Assembly: GCA_963743305.1 (NCBI GenBank)
Contig: CAVUPH010000039.1
Coordinates: forward strand, 32,001 to 96,000
Direction of reading: 5' to 3'
Length of the DNA stretch: 64,000 bases
Source: an uncultured delta proteobacterium
GTDB taxonomy: Bacteria; Desulfobacterota; RBG-13-43-22
Shown: piece after piece, positions 20,448 through 32,141 of the stretch
Layout of the letters: the number at the start of each line of letters is the position of its first letter
How positions within the stretch are numbered: the first letter of the stretch is position 1
Notes under the pieces: model-generated
What the model was told of the DNA's origin: nothing
Databases searched by the model: none
What the model saw: only the letters and a program-made list of their open reading frames with translations
Position numbers and translations under genes: made by a program

Positions 20448-20876
20448 GTTTTACCGCCCTTTGCCTATCATTACCATCCGTTCGCTGCCCTTCAACTGAC
20501 CAGTTTATGGTTATTCGCCCTTTGAAGTGGATGGCTACAACCTAATGATAGATTAACCGGGAATTGGGCCTCCGGCCAAGACGACGGAACAACATCAAAA
20601 TTCATCCTGAATGGCCCCATAAAAATTTGTCGCATCTTCCCGAAACTTATCGATGAACTGATCCTGATGCATATCGTCGTATCGTTAATTGTTTTAAGAC
20701 GCAACTCCCGACGAGCTTACGCCCCTCGCACCTGCAAGCCAGATTTTTGATCTTTTTTGTTAAGGATTTCCACCCCTTCAAACTCCAGCAATATTCTGAT
20801 AAAAATATCTTTCCTTTTCTCTTTGAAGTAGGTCATTTTCTCAATACCATAAACTGGACAATACCGAGGAGGAGTT

Positions 20877-22436
20877 ATGCCGAACCGTAATCCCAGTCGC
20901 CACCAAGGACGATTTCTGTGTATTTCAGTTTGTCTTGTGTTGCTGTCTTGCATCGTGATCCCCGAAGCGAAGGCTGCCAATTTCCCGGTTACGGTCTTTA
21001 CGGACAATGCCTCGGGCGGATTGGCCGGTACGGGCGCCGGTGATCCCGGCGACTTGCGTGCGCAGATCCTGGCCGCCAATGCGGCCGGGGGGACCAACAC
21101 CATTTCATTCACCTGCGGCGCGCCGCCTTGTACGATTTCGCTTGGCGGCCCCCTGCCGGCGATTACCGGCGATCTCTCCATCGACGGTGTTACCATGGGA
21201 GATATCGTCATCGACGGAGCCGGCACCTACCGGATTTTCTTCGTTGACACCGGCACGGTGGCTCTTCAACACCTCGTCATCCAGAACGGTCGTGCCCAGG
21301 GCGGCGCAGGCGGCACTGGCGATGGTGGCGGCGGCGGCGGTGCCGGTCTGGGCGGCGGTCTGTTTGTCAATCAGGCCTCTGCGGCGGTAACGTTAACCAA
21401 TGTGCGGTTCATCGGGTGTTCGGCAATCGGCGGCGCCGGCGGGAATTATGTCAGCCAAGCCTTTCCGGGCGGTGGCGGCGGAGGACTGGCGTTTCCGGGC
21501 GGCAGCAGCACGGCCAATACCGGTGCTCCGGGCGGCGGGGGAGTTCAAGGCGCGGGTACTGATGTCCCCGCAGGCGCTAATGGCAGTGCCGGCGGTGCCG
21601 GCGGCGGTGGTGGTGGTGGACGGCTTGGCGCCGGAACCCCTGGCCTCGGCGGGTCGGGTTACGCCACCAACGGCGGCGGCCAGGATGGAAGCACTGCAAA
21701 CGGCGGTAACGGCGGTTTCGGCGGCGGCGGTGGTGGTGGGCCTTTAGGCACTGGGGGCACCGGCGGATTTGGGGGCGGTGGCGGCGGTACCGGAACTTCC
21801 ACCCTGGCCGGCAACGGCGGTGCCGGCGGCGGCGGCGGTGGCAGCGATGGAGGCACAAGAGGAACAGGCGGCTCCCTCGGATCCGGCATCAGTGGCGGTA
21901 ATGCGGGAACGGGAACCGGTGGCGGTGGCGGTGGGGCGGCGGTCGGCCCGGCGGTTTTTGTGAACGCCGGCACTTTGACCGCAACGAATGCAGTGGCAAC
22001 AAGCTCGACGGCGACAGCCGGTTCGGGTGGCACGGGTCGGACGGGTGGCGCAAGCATCGGAGCGGACGGCGCGGCGAACTCCACCTCTTTGTTCAACTTC
22101 GCTGGAACCGTAAACGGTTCCGGAACGACCGGCCCGCTAACTCTATTGAATCCGCCGCAGACCATCACCTTTGCCACACCAGCTCCCACGCCGGCATTCG
22201 CGAAAGGGGGCACGTTCACGGTCAGTGCCGCGGCGACGTCGGGCCTGCCCGTGACCTACAGCAGCCAAACGACGGAGGTCTGCACGACCGGAGGCACGAC
22301 GACGCCGGCGACGGTGACCATGGTCACGACCGGCACCTGCATCGTGGCCGCGAATCAGTCGGCGACGGCACGTTTCTTCCTGCACCCGAGGCGACACAGA
22401 CCATCAGCATCACCAGCAAGGTTTTATTACCGTTAA
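20877..22436 (+). CDS. secreted glycine-rich surface protein, probable frameshift near 22360
   Basis: Signal peptide (AKA-A), LRAQILAAN, long GGGGG tracts, C-terminal QTITF..ATSGLPVTY..CT Ig-like module; GGAGG RBS. Confidence 0.75.
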   Translation: MPNRNPSRHQGRFLCISVCLVLLSCIVIPEAKAANFPVTVFTDNASGGLAGTGAGDPGDLRAQILAANAAGGTNTISFTCGAPPCTISLGGPLPAITGDLSIDGVTMGDIVIDGAGTYRIFFVDTGTVALQHLVIQNGRAQGGAGGTGDGGGGGGAGLGGGLFVNQASAAVTLTNVRFIGCSAIGGAGGNYVSQAFPGGGGGGLAFPGGSSTANTGAPGGGGVQGAGTDVPAGANGSAGGAGGGGGGGRLGAGTPGLGGSGYATNGGGQDGSTANGGNGGFGGGGGGGPLGTGGTGGFGGGGGGTGTSTLAGNGGAGGGGGGSDGGTRGTGGSLGSGISGGNAGTGTGGGGGGAAVGPAVFVNAGTLTATNAVATSSTATAGSGGTGRTGGASIGADGAANSTSLFNFAGTVNGSGTTGPLTLLNPPQTITFATPAPTPAFAKGGTFTVSAAATSGLPVTYSSQTTEVCTTGGTTTPATVTMVTTGTCIVAANQSATARFFLHPRRHRPSASPARFYYR

Positions 22437-22521
22437 TTAGAAAAGGTGAGACTTTGGAGTAAATGGGGATGATTCCGGATGGTTAATTATAGATCGGAAT
22501 TTCAAAGGCCTATCTAAGAAC

Positions 22522-22568
22522 GACTTCGAATCCACGGGCCGCCCGTTCGAGTCAGGCCGGACGCAGCA
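22522..22568 (+). repeat. degenerate copy of the tRNA-Arg 3' half (attR-like)
   Basis: 42/47 identity by manual alignment to 20401-20447. Confidence 0.85.
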
Positions 22569-22967
22569 TCAAATCAAGCTTTTCCTACCTGTAATTTGGT
22601 AGCAAGTGACAAAAAATGTTGAGTTCAATCGGAATAGGATGAATTCGGGACGTATTTCTCTCCCCAAACAGGGCCGGCTTTTCCTGTTTTCCGCCTTCTT
22701 TTATCTTTTTCCAAATTCCCTAAAATAAATACAACTCCTTATATTAATTATTTATTTTAGCCATCAATCTTTTGGCCTTCCTATCCCCTCCTCCACATCC
22801 CCGGCAGGTTGCCGGGGTCCAAAAACCTCCCTGGTATTAAATTTGCTGAGTTTACTCCATATCTAAACAAAATCCCAAAAAGTGCCGATGTAGTCGTTAT
22901 CAAGAATTTTAAGATTTCAACAATTTTTTCTTTCCAACGATTGGAAAGCAACTTGAAGGGAGGAGCT

Positions 22968-25329
22968 ATGATTGGAGCAAAATTCAAGAAGTCATTTATG
23001 GGTGGACTGCTTTTAGGATTATCTTTATTGCTGCTTTTGACTTCACCGGCCCTGGCCGTGGAAACCCATTGGACTGGAATGAACAGCGAGTGATTGGATT
23101 GTACCGGAGAATTGGGATCAACGGGGTGCCTGACCAAGGATATGATGTATTTATTGACCTCCCGGGGGCCTATGTTTTTTATCCAGCTTCCGATGTTTCA
23201 CTTCATAATTCCGGCAACCCAACGCTCAACTCGCTGTTGTTGGATCCCTCTGACCTTCAGGCAGGAGATGTCAGCCTCGAACAAGTCCAGGACATTCTGA
23301 CTGTCAAAAACACTACGATCGGTAATAACGGCACGGCCAATTACTTCCTTAACGCCGGGACCAACAAAGTCTTGCAGGACCTGACCTTGGGCACCACCGT
23401 AAATGGGGAAGGAAACTATATCATGACCGAGGGATCCCTATCGGTCGGTGGGCATGAAACACTGGGCCTGGCCGGATCAGGGATTCATATTTCAATTTCA
23501 GAAGCTTTCAAGCACATCGCCTTGGGAAGATCACCTTCTTTGGGATGCACTCCTCATGTGACTCCTCCTCACCATGTCACCCCTCCGCCAGTGACGCTCC
23601 TCTGTCAGTGCCATCCATTCAGTGGGCAAAAACCTTTATCTGGGGGTTGAACGCCTCGGCTTTGGCGAATTCGATCTAGCCGACAGCAGCCTGGACGTCG
23701 GCGGGTCAATCAGAGTGGGGATAAAGGGGACAGGGGTACTTTGAACCAGACCGATAGCACTGTAAAAATAAAGGGTAACGATACGACTCCCTTGACCAGC
23801 GAGGGCATCCTTTCCTCCGCTCCCGTCTTTTCCGCGTTATCCAAGAGTAACCTGAAAAACAATCCACTAGGATGCGTTTCCAGCCGGCAACCGGGATTAA
23901 TCGTGGGCCTCGAAAACGTGCACAGCGAAACGAAAACATCGACAACTTGGCCAATATAACCTTTCGGGCGGTACCCTCAATGTCAATTATAGTGAGATCA
24001 TTGGGTTAGATGAAGGCGGAGATGGTACCTTTACTCAGTCAAATGGCGTCCATACCATCAATGGAAATCTCTACCTGGGAATGAACAGCGGCAGCTTCGG
24101 AGTTTTTGATCTTTCCGTGAACCCTCTTCCGAGTCCGGACACTCCTACCCCTCCTTCTGTCGGCCTCCTGGACGTCTACGGCTTTGCCTCCGTGGGCTAC
24201 TTAGGCCAAGGCGATTTTCTCCAGGATGGCGGAACGGTTAAGATCAGGGGTATCGATCAAGAGGTCAACCTGAGAGGGAAGTCGCTCTCCACAACTATAA
24301 CCAAGGTCGCACCATTAGGCTGCAACCAACCACAACAATATATTGGTTTTACGGTCGGACGTGGGGGAATTGGAACCTATGAGTTGGATGACGGGGAACT
24401 TTTGGTGAGCCGCGGCGAGGTTATCGGGATGCTTTCCGGATCCAACGGCACATTTAGTCAGTTCGGCGGCAATCATTTCATCGGCGGAAATATGACCATC
24501 GCCCGGGACCCGGGGAGTAACGGCCTCTACACCCTTGGCGATCCTAATGCCGATCCTGATGCCGTTGCCCCCAACGGTACTTTGAAGGTCCAGGGCAGCC
24601 TGTTGAATAACGCCGGCGGGACCTTTAATTACTACAGTGGGGAACTTCAGGCCAGCGTAATCAATAAAGGGACTTTCAACGCTTATGGTCCCGGAACCAG
24701 GACCTTCCCGAGCCAGTTCTTCAATTATGGGACTTTTGAGCTCCAAGGCCAACCCGCTGGGTACGGCCGCCTTCGCCCAGAAATTCCGGAATTATGGTGT
24801 CTATAAAAGCAGTGGGAACCCAGGCGTCGATAACCGGTTCACCTACCTTTATGTTGCCAACCAAGGCTCTATCTATACCGAGTCGACGGATAATTATTAT
24901 GTCACCAAGGAGTTTACCAATACCAGCACCCAAAATACCGCTTGGAAAACCGATACAGCCAACCTGATCTTCACCGGCCCCGGCCGGAAACCCTTCAAAA
25001 CCGGCAGCTTGAACCTGGGGCCTTCGGGGTTTACCAACAACTTTGCCTGGGACAGCCTGGGAATCGAAGACAATGCGAGTGTCCAGCTCCTCGGCCATCT
25101 TTATGCAGATCAGATTCGAGGGGTTAATGTGAATCCCGTAACCAAAAAAGTCACCAACCTTTTTGGATACTGCGGGATCCATATTTACTATGATACTTCA
25201 GATAGTTATAACACATATCTGAATGGCTGGATACTGACTACCCCTTATGGAAAACCGGTGGGACAATTCACTTCCACTGGTTTTGAAGCTTATCGTCTGC
25301 CATTAAAAGACTTACAGATTTATCGCTAA
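22968..25329 (+). pseudogene. secreted beta-helix/autotransporter-passenger-like protein broken by several frameshifts
   Basis: Signal peptide ending ALA-VETHWTG; repeated G.G.Y.L.GG.L.V...E.IG and GTFTQ motifs across ORFs 22809-23093, 23069-23650, 23741-23959, 24081-24806 and 24685-25329. Confidence 0.65.
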
Positions 25330-25400
25330 GGAGGTCTAATAACTTGATTTAAAATAAAGAACTAGGAGCGAGGAAGGCTTTGCTCCTTCCTACCCTCTCC

Positions 25401-25441
25401 ACCCGGCACATAAGTCATCCAGCTCATGTGCCGGGTTTTTT
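25401..25441 (+). terminator. intrinsic terminator
   Basis: acccggcacat...atgtgccgggt followed by a T run. Confidence 0.6.
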
Positions 25442-25777
25442 ATTCTCATCGGGTTAACATAAAAAAAAGCAGACATTACGTTTGGTATTTGATTTGGCCT
25501 GAATCCCGGACTCGATCCGGGATCCAGGGTAAGAGAAGCTAAAAGGATCCTGGATTCCGGATCGCGCTTCACTTGTCCGGAATGACGAGCTAATTCGGTT
25601 CCTTGGAAACCTGCTTTCAGGCTTCGTGGGTACCCGATTCGAGAGCCTTCTGCGGGTTCATCAGGCTATAAACCTCCCCATTATCCCCCTACTTTCTTTT
25701 GTTGAAAAATAGGCCCCCATTCGCTATAGTCGATTACGGCTTAGTTTCCGGTTCTATTTGATCCCCTGATAGCCCAG

Positions 25778-26581
25778 ATGAATTCTTTACTAATAAAATT
25801 AAGCATTTTCATGCTTTGCGGTGGTCTGCTGGCCGGGTGTTCCCGGGGTCCGGCCAAATCTCAATCCATCACCGTTGCCGGGTCCACTTCTGTTCAGCCC
25901 TTTGCGGAAAAGTTGGCCGAAATATACATGGAAGTCAACCCGGAGACCATCGTCAATGTCCAGGGCGGGGGATCCACGGCCGGGATCACCTCCTGCCGGT
26001 CGGGAGCCGCTCAGGTCGGCACCTGTTCCCGGGAGTTGCGCGACGAGGAAAAGGATTTGCACCGCATCGTCATTGCCCATGACGGCATCGCTATTATTGT
26101 TCATCCCGGAAATTCGATTACCAATCTCTCGATCGAACAGTTGCAAGGAATTTTTACGGGGAGAGTCCGGTCGTGGTCCGAGCTGGGATGGGTAAATAAA
26201 CCCATTCATTTCGTCACCCGGGAGGAAGGTTCGGGGACCCGGGATGCCTTTGAACATTTGGTCATGGGTAAAAAAGAGATCTCCGACGAGGCCCTGGTCC
26301 AGGACTCCAACGGTTCGGTACGGGAGATAATCGCCAATGACCCGCAGGCGATCGGCTACATTTCTTTTGGGCTGGTCAATCATCAGGTAAAAACCCTGTC
26401 CGTCAATTCCGTTGTCCCTTCTTTGAAGACGATCAAGGACAAACAATACCAGTTGACCCGGCCCTTTCTCTTTGTAACACAGGGTCAAACCTCGGCGGCC
26501 ACCAAAAAATTTATTGATTTCGTGCTGGGCGCCGACGGACAGCGGATACTGGAGCATGAGGGCCTCATCGGCATCCATTGA
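25778..26581 (+). CDS. pstS: phosphate ABC transporter substrate-binding lipoprotein (short PstS-like type)
   Basis: Lipobox LLAGC, GSTSV, GGGS, REEGSGTR. Confidence 0.9.
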   Translation: MNSLLIKLSIFMLCGGLLAGCSRGPAKSQSITVAGSTSVQPFAEKLAEIYMEVNPETIVNVQGGGSTAGITSCRSGAAQVGTCSRELRDEEKDLHRIVIAHDGIAIIVHPGNSITNLSIEQLQGIFTGRVRSWSELGWVNKPIHFVTREEGSGTRDAFEHLVMGKKEISDEALVQDSNGSVREIIANDPQAIGYISFGLVNHQVKTLSVNSVVPSLKTIKDKQYQLTRPFLFVTQGQTSAATKKFIDFVLGADGQRILEHEGLIGIH

Positions 26582-26583
26582 TC

Positions 26584-27420
26584 ATGAAAGAAAAAATTAT
26601 TGAAAAAATCCTCATGATCCTGGCCTTTTCCGCTATCGGGCTGCTTCTGCTGATCACCGTTTTTATTTTCCGGGAGGGGTTTCCAGTCATCCTGAAAGCC
26701 GGACTCCAGGATTTTCTTTTCAGCGCCAAGTGGGCCCCTACCAAAGGACATTTCGGAATCCTGGCCATGATCATCTCCTCCCTGGCGGTCACGTTCAACG
26801 CCATCCTCCTGGGAGTGCCCCTGGCCTTGGCCTGCGCCATTACCCTGGCGGAGTTTACTCCGCCCCGTTGGGTAGTCGTATTAAAACCCACCATTGAACT
26901 CCTGGCCGGGATCCCCTCCGTGGTCTTCGGGTTCCTGGGAGTGATCTTTCTGGTTCCCCTGATCCGAGAATACCTCGGCGGGCCGGGGTTATCCCTTCTG
27001 GCCGCCTCCGTCATCCTGGCCATCATGATCCTCCCCACGATTACCAGTATTTCGATTGACGCCCTCCAGGCCGTACCCTTGTTATATAAAGAGGGTGCCC
27101 TGGCCATGGGCGCCACCCATTGGCAGGCTATTCGCTACGTGTTGCTTCCGGCCGCCCGTTCCGGTGTGGTCACCGCCATCATCCTGGGCATGGCCCGGGC
27201 CATCGGGGAAACCATGGCCGTCATCATGGTGGCCGGGAATGCCCTTAAAATCCCTACCTCGTTCCTGGACCCGGTCCGGACCTTAACCAGCAACATTGCC
27301 TTGGAAATGGGCTATTCCACCGGAGATCATCGCCAGGCCCTTTTCGCCACCGGGATCATCCTCTTCGTTTTTATTATGGCCTTGAATATCCTGGCCACCA
27401 CCCTGATGCGCCGAAAATGA
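26584..27420 (+). CDS. pstC: phosphate ABC transporter permease PstC
   Basis: LAGIPSVVFG, ARAIGETMAV. Confidence 0.92.
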   Translation: MKEKIIEKILMILAFSAIGLLLLITVFIFREGFPVILKAGLQDFLFSAKWAPTKGHFGILAMIISSLAVTFNAILLGVPLALACAITLAEFTPPRWVVVLKPTIELLAGIPSVVFGFLGVIFLVPLIREYLGGPGLSLLAASVILAIMILPTITSISIDALQAVPLLYKEGALAMGATHWQAIRYVLLPAARSGVVTAIILGMARAIGETMAVIMVAGNALKIPTSFLDPVRTLTSNIALEMGYSTGDHRQALFATGIILFVFIMALNILATTLMRRK

Positions 27421-28256
27421 AATTTTTCTCTCCCATCGTCTGGCAGATTATGGTCAAGACCTTGCTCTGGACCCTCACCGGTTTGACCATCGGCATCCTT
27501 TTTTTTATCATTTTCGTCGTCTTCGTTAATGGCGTACCGCAAATTTCCTGGGAGTTTTTATCTACTAATCCGGTCGATATGGGCCGGTCCGGCGGCATTC
27601 TGGCCACAATTGTCAGCACCTTATACATTATTGTGATTGCCCTCCTTTTTGCCACCCCCCTGGGGCTGGGAACGGCCATTTATCTGACTGAATATACCCG
27701 GGAAGGCCCGGTCACCCGGATCATCCGCTTTGGCACGGAATGCCTGGCCGGAATACCCTCGATTATCCTGGGTCTCTTCGGGTTTGCCATCTTCGTCATG
27801 GCCTTCGGCTGGGGTTGGAGCCTGCTTTCGGGAGGTCTGACCCTTTCGGTCATGTTGCTGCCGACCATCATCCGGACCTCGGAAGAATCCATTCTGGCCG
27901 TTCCCCGGGAATACCGTGAAGTCAGTTTTTCTTTGGGGCTGGGCAAATGGCAGACCATCACCCGCATCGTCCTGCCCAGCGCGCTGCCCGGAATCGCCAC
28001 CGGGATCGTGCTGAGCATCGCCCGCTCCATAGGAGAGACCGCCGTCATCATCTTCACCGCCGGGTCATCCCTGCGGTTCCCCAAAACCATTTTTGAATCC
28101 GGGCGCACACTGGCCGTGCATTTTTATATCCTGGCCCGGGAGGGGATATCCATGCCCATGGCCTACGGCACTGCGGCTGTCCTGATCATCGTTATCCTGG
28201 TAATCAATGTCAGCGCTTACGTGATGATGCGCTATTTCTTAAAAAAATATTCATAG
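27417..28256 (+). CDS. pstA: phosphate ABC transporter permease PstA
   Basis: LAGIPSII.GLFG, ARSIGETA. Confidence 0.92.
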   Translation: MKFFSPIVWQIMVKTLLWTLTGLTIGILFFIIFVVFVNGVPQISWEFLSTNPVDMGRSGGILATIVSTLYIIVIALLFATPLGLGTAIYLTEYTREGPVTRIIRFGTECLAGIPSIILGLFGFAIFVMAFGWGWSLLSGGLTLSVMLLPTIIRTSEESILAVPREYREVSFSLGLGKWQTITRIVLPSALPGIATGIVLSIARSIGETAVIIFTAGSSLRFPKTIFESGRTLAVHFYILAREGISMPMAYGTAAVLIIVILVINVSAYVMMRYFLKKYS

Positions 28257-28291
28257 AAGCGTCACCCGGATCGCCCCTACCTAATTTCATC

Positions 28292-29048
28292 ATGGCTCCT
28301 AAAATCGAAATAAAAAACCTTTCCGTGGCTTATAATAGAGTCTCCGCCCTGCGGGGGATCAATCTCTCGATTTTCGAAAAGGAAATCACCGGGATTATGG
28401 GGCCGTCGAACAGCGGGAAAAGCACGCTTCTTCAGAATACTAAACCGGCTCATCGACCTGACCCCCCAGGTGACTATCGAGGGGCAGGTCCTGCTGGATG
28501 GAGAGAACATCCTGGATCCCCAATATGATGTCAACCGCCTCCGGACCCGGGTGGGAATCGTTTTTGCCAAACCCATTCCCCTGCCCCGTTCCATTTATGA
28601 AAATCTGACCTTCGGACCCCGCCTCCACGGGGTTCGGGACCGCCGTCTTCTCGATGAACGGGTGGAGGCGAGCCTTAAAGCCGCCATCCTCTGGGGCGAA
28701 GTCAAGGACCGCCTCCATGAGTCGGGCTTGAAGTTATCCGGAGGCCAGCAGCAGCGGTTGTGCATCGCCCGGACCCTGGCCATGCAATCAGAGGTGATCC
28801 TTTTAGACGAGCCCACCTCGGGTCTCGACCCTATCTCCACGGCCAAGATTGAGGAGGCACTGCGGACGCTGAAAAAAGACCATACGGTGGTCATCGTCAG
28901 CAATAACACCAAACAGATCGCCCGTATTTCCGACCAGGTGGCTTTTATCCTCCTGGGGGACTTGATCGAATACGGGCCGCCTGACCAGATTTTCACCATG
29001 GCCAAGGACAAACGGACCGAAGATTACGTTTCCGGACGCTTCGGCTAA
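28292..29048 (+). CDS. pstB: phosphate ABC transporter ATPase PstB, frameshift near 28430
   Basis: Walker A GPSNSGKST in ORF 28292-28528; [24 protein letters not shown] and C-terminal GRFG in ORF 28470-29048. Confidence 0.85.
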
Positions 29049-29061
29049 TAAAGGAATCTTA

Positions 29062-29820
29062 GTGCCCGAAATTACCATCAATCATTTGAACCTGCACTAC
29101 GGGTCCTTCCACGCCCTCAAGGACGTCTCTTCATTTTTCAAAACCCGGACCATTACGGCCCTGATCGGTCCCTCGGGTTGCGGCAAGTCCACGCTCCTGC
29201 GCTGTCTGAACCGGATGAACGATTTGATCGCCGGGGTCCGCATCGAGGGAGAGGTGGTGATCGGGGACAAAAACATATACGCCCCGGCAACCAACCTGAT
29301 TAAACTGCGCCGGGAGGTGGGCATGGTCTTCCAACGTCCCAATCCCTTTCCCCTCCCCATTTCGGAAAATGTCCTTTTCGGGCCTAAAATGCACCAGATC
29401 CTGCCCAGGGAAAAAAGCCGGCGCGACGAAATCGTTTTCAATTCCCTTTCGGCTGTGGGGTTGTGGGAAGCGTTAAAAGACCGCTTGGCTCTGTCCGCCC
29501 TCACCCTGACCCTGGAACAACAGCAACGCCTCTGCATGGCCCGGATCCTGGCCCTGGAGTCCCGCATCGTTCTAATGGACGAACCCTGCTCGGCCCTGGA
29601 CCCCATGGCCACGGAAAAGATCGAGAGCCTGATGCTGGAGCTTAAGGAAAAGTACACCATCGTCATCGTCACCCACAATATGCAGCAGGCCGCCCGCATC
29701 TCCGATGAATCCGGTTTTATGCTCCTGGGCGAACTGATCGAGTTCGGTACCACCGGCCAGATCTTCACCAAGCCCCGGGATGAAAGAACAAATGATTATA
29801 TTACCGGGAGATATGGATAA
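29062..29820 (+). CDS. pstB: second PstB-family ATPase
   Basis: GPSGCGKST, GMVFQRPNPF, LMDEPCSALDP, VTHN, C-terminal GRYG. Confidence 0.9.
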   Translation: MPEITINHLNLHYGSFHALKDVSSFFKTRTITALIGPSGCGKSTLLRCLNRMNDLIAGVRIEGEVVIGDKNIYAPATNLIKLRREVGMVFQRPNPFPLPISENVLFGPKMHQILPREKSRRDEIVFNSLSAVGLWEALKDRLALSALTLTLEQQQRLCMARILALESRIVLMDEPCSALDPMATEKIESLMLELKEKYTIVIVTHNMQQAARISDESGFMLLGELIEFGTTGQIFTKPRDERTNDYITGRYG

Positions 29821-29881
29821 CAAAATTGAGGCCTCCCAACCAAAAGGGCGAACAACTCTAAATATCAACCGGCGATCAATT

Positions 29882-30535
29882 TTAATTTTGTTGCTGGTGT
29901 TTGATTACTTTCCCCTCGATCATGTAGATCACGTGTTCGGAGATGTTGGTAGCCAGATCGGCGGTCCGTTCCAGATTGTGGGCGATTTTCAGGAGGTGCA
30001 AGGCCCTCTCGATTGTCGACGGGGCGGCTATCATGTAGGTGATCAGTTCTCGCAAAATCTGGGAGGCCAAACCGTCCACCATGTCGTCCCGTTCGCAGAC
30101 GCTGACCGCCAGGTCCGGATCTTCATGGACAAAGGCATTGACGGCGTCTCGCAGCATGCCGCTAGCCGCCTCAGCCATCCGGGGCAGGTCCAGCAAAGGT
30201 TTAACCAAAGGTTGGGTGATAAGGAAAAGGCCGTTTTCGGCGCTGTTGGCGGCGTGATCGGCAATCCTTTCCAGGTCATTGTTGATTTTGAGACTCATCA
30301 AGATGGTCCGCAATTCTTTGGCCTTGGGACTGAATTGGGCGATCATCGTCGTACAGAGGTCATCGATCAGGATTTCCGTCTCATTGGCCTTTTTTTCACT
30401 TTTTTCGATGACCTGAAGGAACAAATCCCGGTCGCTTCTTAACAGCCCGACGATGCTGTCGTCGATCATTTTTTCCACCAGGAGGGCGTATCCGATCAAG
30501 GTCTTCCTGAGCCCGACAATTTCCTTTTCCAACAT
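29882..30535 (-). CDS. phoU: phosphate signaling complex protein PhoU
   Basis: DLERIADH and NLERTADLATNISE repeats. Confidence 0.93.
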   Translation of the reverse strand: MLEKEIVGLRKTLIGYALLVEKMIDDSIVGLLRSDRDLFLQVIEKSEKKANETEILIDDLCTTMIAQFSPKAKELRTILMSLKINNDLERIADHAANSAENGLFLITQPLVKPLLDLPRMAEAASGMLRDAVNAFVHEDPDLAVSVCERDDMVDGLASQILRELITYMIAAPSTIERALHLLKIAHNLERTADLATNISEHVIYMIEGKVIKHQQQN

Positions 30536-30546
30536 AGTTCCCCCGA

Positions 30547-31314
30547 TCAACCAAATTTTCCGGTTAAATATTCTTCCGTCCTCTTGTCCTTGGGAACGGT
30601 GAACATCGTTTTCGTCAATCCGTGTTCAATCAATTCTCCGAGGTAAATAAAAGCCGTATAATCGGACACCCGGGCCGCCTGGCCCATGTTGTGGGTGACC
30701 AGGAGCATGGTGACGGTTTCTTTCAGGTCCGCGATCAAGGCTTCTATATGGGAGGTCGATTTCGGATCCAGGGCGGAAGTCGGTTCATCCAGTAATAGAA
30801 TTTCCGGATTCATGGCCAGGGCCCGGGCGATACACAGCCTTTGTTGCTGGCCTCCGGACAAAAAGGTCCCCTTGCGATGCAGGAAATCCTTGACCTCGTT
30901 CCACAAGGCGGCCTGCTGGAGTGACCGTTCCACGATCTCCTCGGTTTCCTTTCGGCTGAGCCGAATCCCATTCAATTTATAACCGGCAATGACATTTTCA
31001 TAAATGCTCATGGTGGGAAAGGGGTTCGGTTTTTGGAAGACCATGCCGATTTTTTTGCGGAGCACGATCGGTTCCATGGCGTAAATATCCTTATCCCGCA
31101 GATAGATCTTGCCTTGGATGTTAGAACCCGGGATCAACTCGTGCATCCGGTTGATGCAGCGGATGATCGTGGTCTTGCCGCATCCCGAAGGCCCCATCAA
31201 GGCGGTGACCTTATTGTCTCCGATGGCTAGGGAAACGTCCTTCAGGACGCGGTTATCTCCATAACCGGCGGAAAAATGTTCAATGCGTAAGACGTTTAGA
31301 GTTGGATCTTCCAT
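30547..31314 (-). CDS. pstB: phosphate ABC transporter ATPase PstB
   Basis: [34 protein letters not shown]. Confidence 0.94.
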   Translation of the reverse strand: MEDPTLNVLRIEHFSAGYGDNRVLKDVSLAIGDNKVTALMGPSGCGKTTIIRCINRMHELIPGSNIQGKIYLRDKDIYAMEPIVLRKKIGMVFQKPNPFPTMSIYENVIAGYKLNGIRLSRKETEEIVERSLQQAALWNEVKDFLHRKGTFLSGGQQQRLCIARALAMNPEILLLDEPTSALDPKSTSHIEALIADLKETVTMLLVTHNMGQAARVSDYTAFIYLGELIEHGLTKTMFTVPKDKRTEEYLTGKFG

Positions 31315-32141
31315 CTTTTTGAGACTCTCCGGGCGATCAGATTAAACACCAAAACCAGGCTGACCAGGATAAAAGATGCCCCCCAGGCAAATTGGTGAAA
31401 TTCGGGATAAGGGCTGGTGGCATAATAAAAAATGATATGGGGCAGGGACTCCATGGGTTTAAAGAGGTTCCAGCTTAAAAAGGGATTGCCAAAGGAGGTG
31501 AAGAGCAGCGGAGCGGTTTCCCCGGTGATCCGAGCGATACCGAGTAAAATGCCGGTCACGATGCCGCTGAGACCGGACGGTATAATCACCTTTAAAATGG
31601 TCCGGTGGTAAGGCACCCCCAGGGCCAGGGAGGCCTCCTTCAGATGATAAGGAATGAGTTTCAGGGTCTCCTCCGTGGACTTGATGATTACGGGAATCAT
31701 CATCAGGCTCAAGGCGATACCCCCGGAAAAGACCGAGAAGCTCCTGAAGGGACGAACGATCCAGGTATAGGCGATGATGCCGATGACGATCGAGGGGGTG
31801 CCTTGCAGGATTTCGACACACAGTTTTACCGTTCGCGAGAGGAAGCCCTCCCGCTTTTCCGAGAGGTAGATTCCCGAGGCTATCCCCACGGGCACGGAGA
31901 AAAGGCTGGAGAGTATAATCAGGACAAAAGTGCCCACAATAGCGTTAAAAACCCCGCCCCCGATTTCTCCCGTGGGCCGGGGAACCTCGGTCAGGAAAGC
32001 CCAGTTGATGGAACTGATCCCGTTTTTCCCGATATAGAAAAGGATCAGCAGCATGGGCGAGATGGAAAGAAAGGAGAGGAGGATAATAGCCCCTTTGAAG
32101 CAATTATTTTTAAATATGCGCCAAGCCGCGTTCGCTTCCAT
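31296..32141 (-). CDS. pstA: phosphate ABC transporter permease PstA
   Basis: [19 protein letters not shown]. Confidence 0.93.
   Translation of the reverse strand: MEANAAWRIFKNNCFKGAIILLSFLSISPMLLILFYIGKNGISSINWAFLTEVPRPTGEIGGGVFNAIVGTFVLIILSSLFSVPVGIASGIYLSEKREGFLSRTVKLCVEILQGTPSIVIGIIAYTWIVRPFRSFSVFSGGIALSLMMIPVIIKSTEETLKLIPYHLKEASLALGVPYHRTILKVIIPSGLSGIVTGILLGIARITGETAPLLFTSFGNPFLSWNLFKPMESLPHIIFYYATSPYPEFHQFAWGASFILVSLVLVFNLIARRVSKRWKIQL

Noticed and set aside
22522-22568. A second tRNA-Arg gene
   Set aside because: The 5' half (acceptor strand and D arm) is missing and the CCA end is mutated
28292-29048. Programmed frameshift in pstB
   Set aside because: No convincing slippery site with a stimulator, and indels are common across this region
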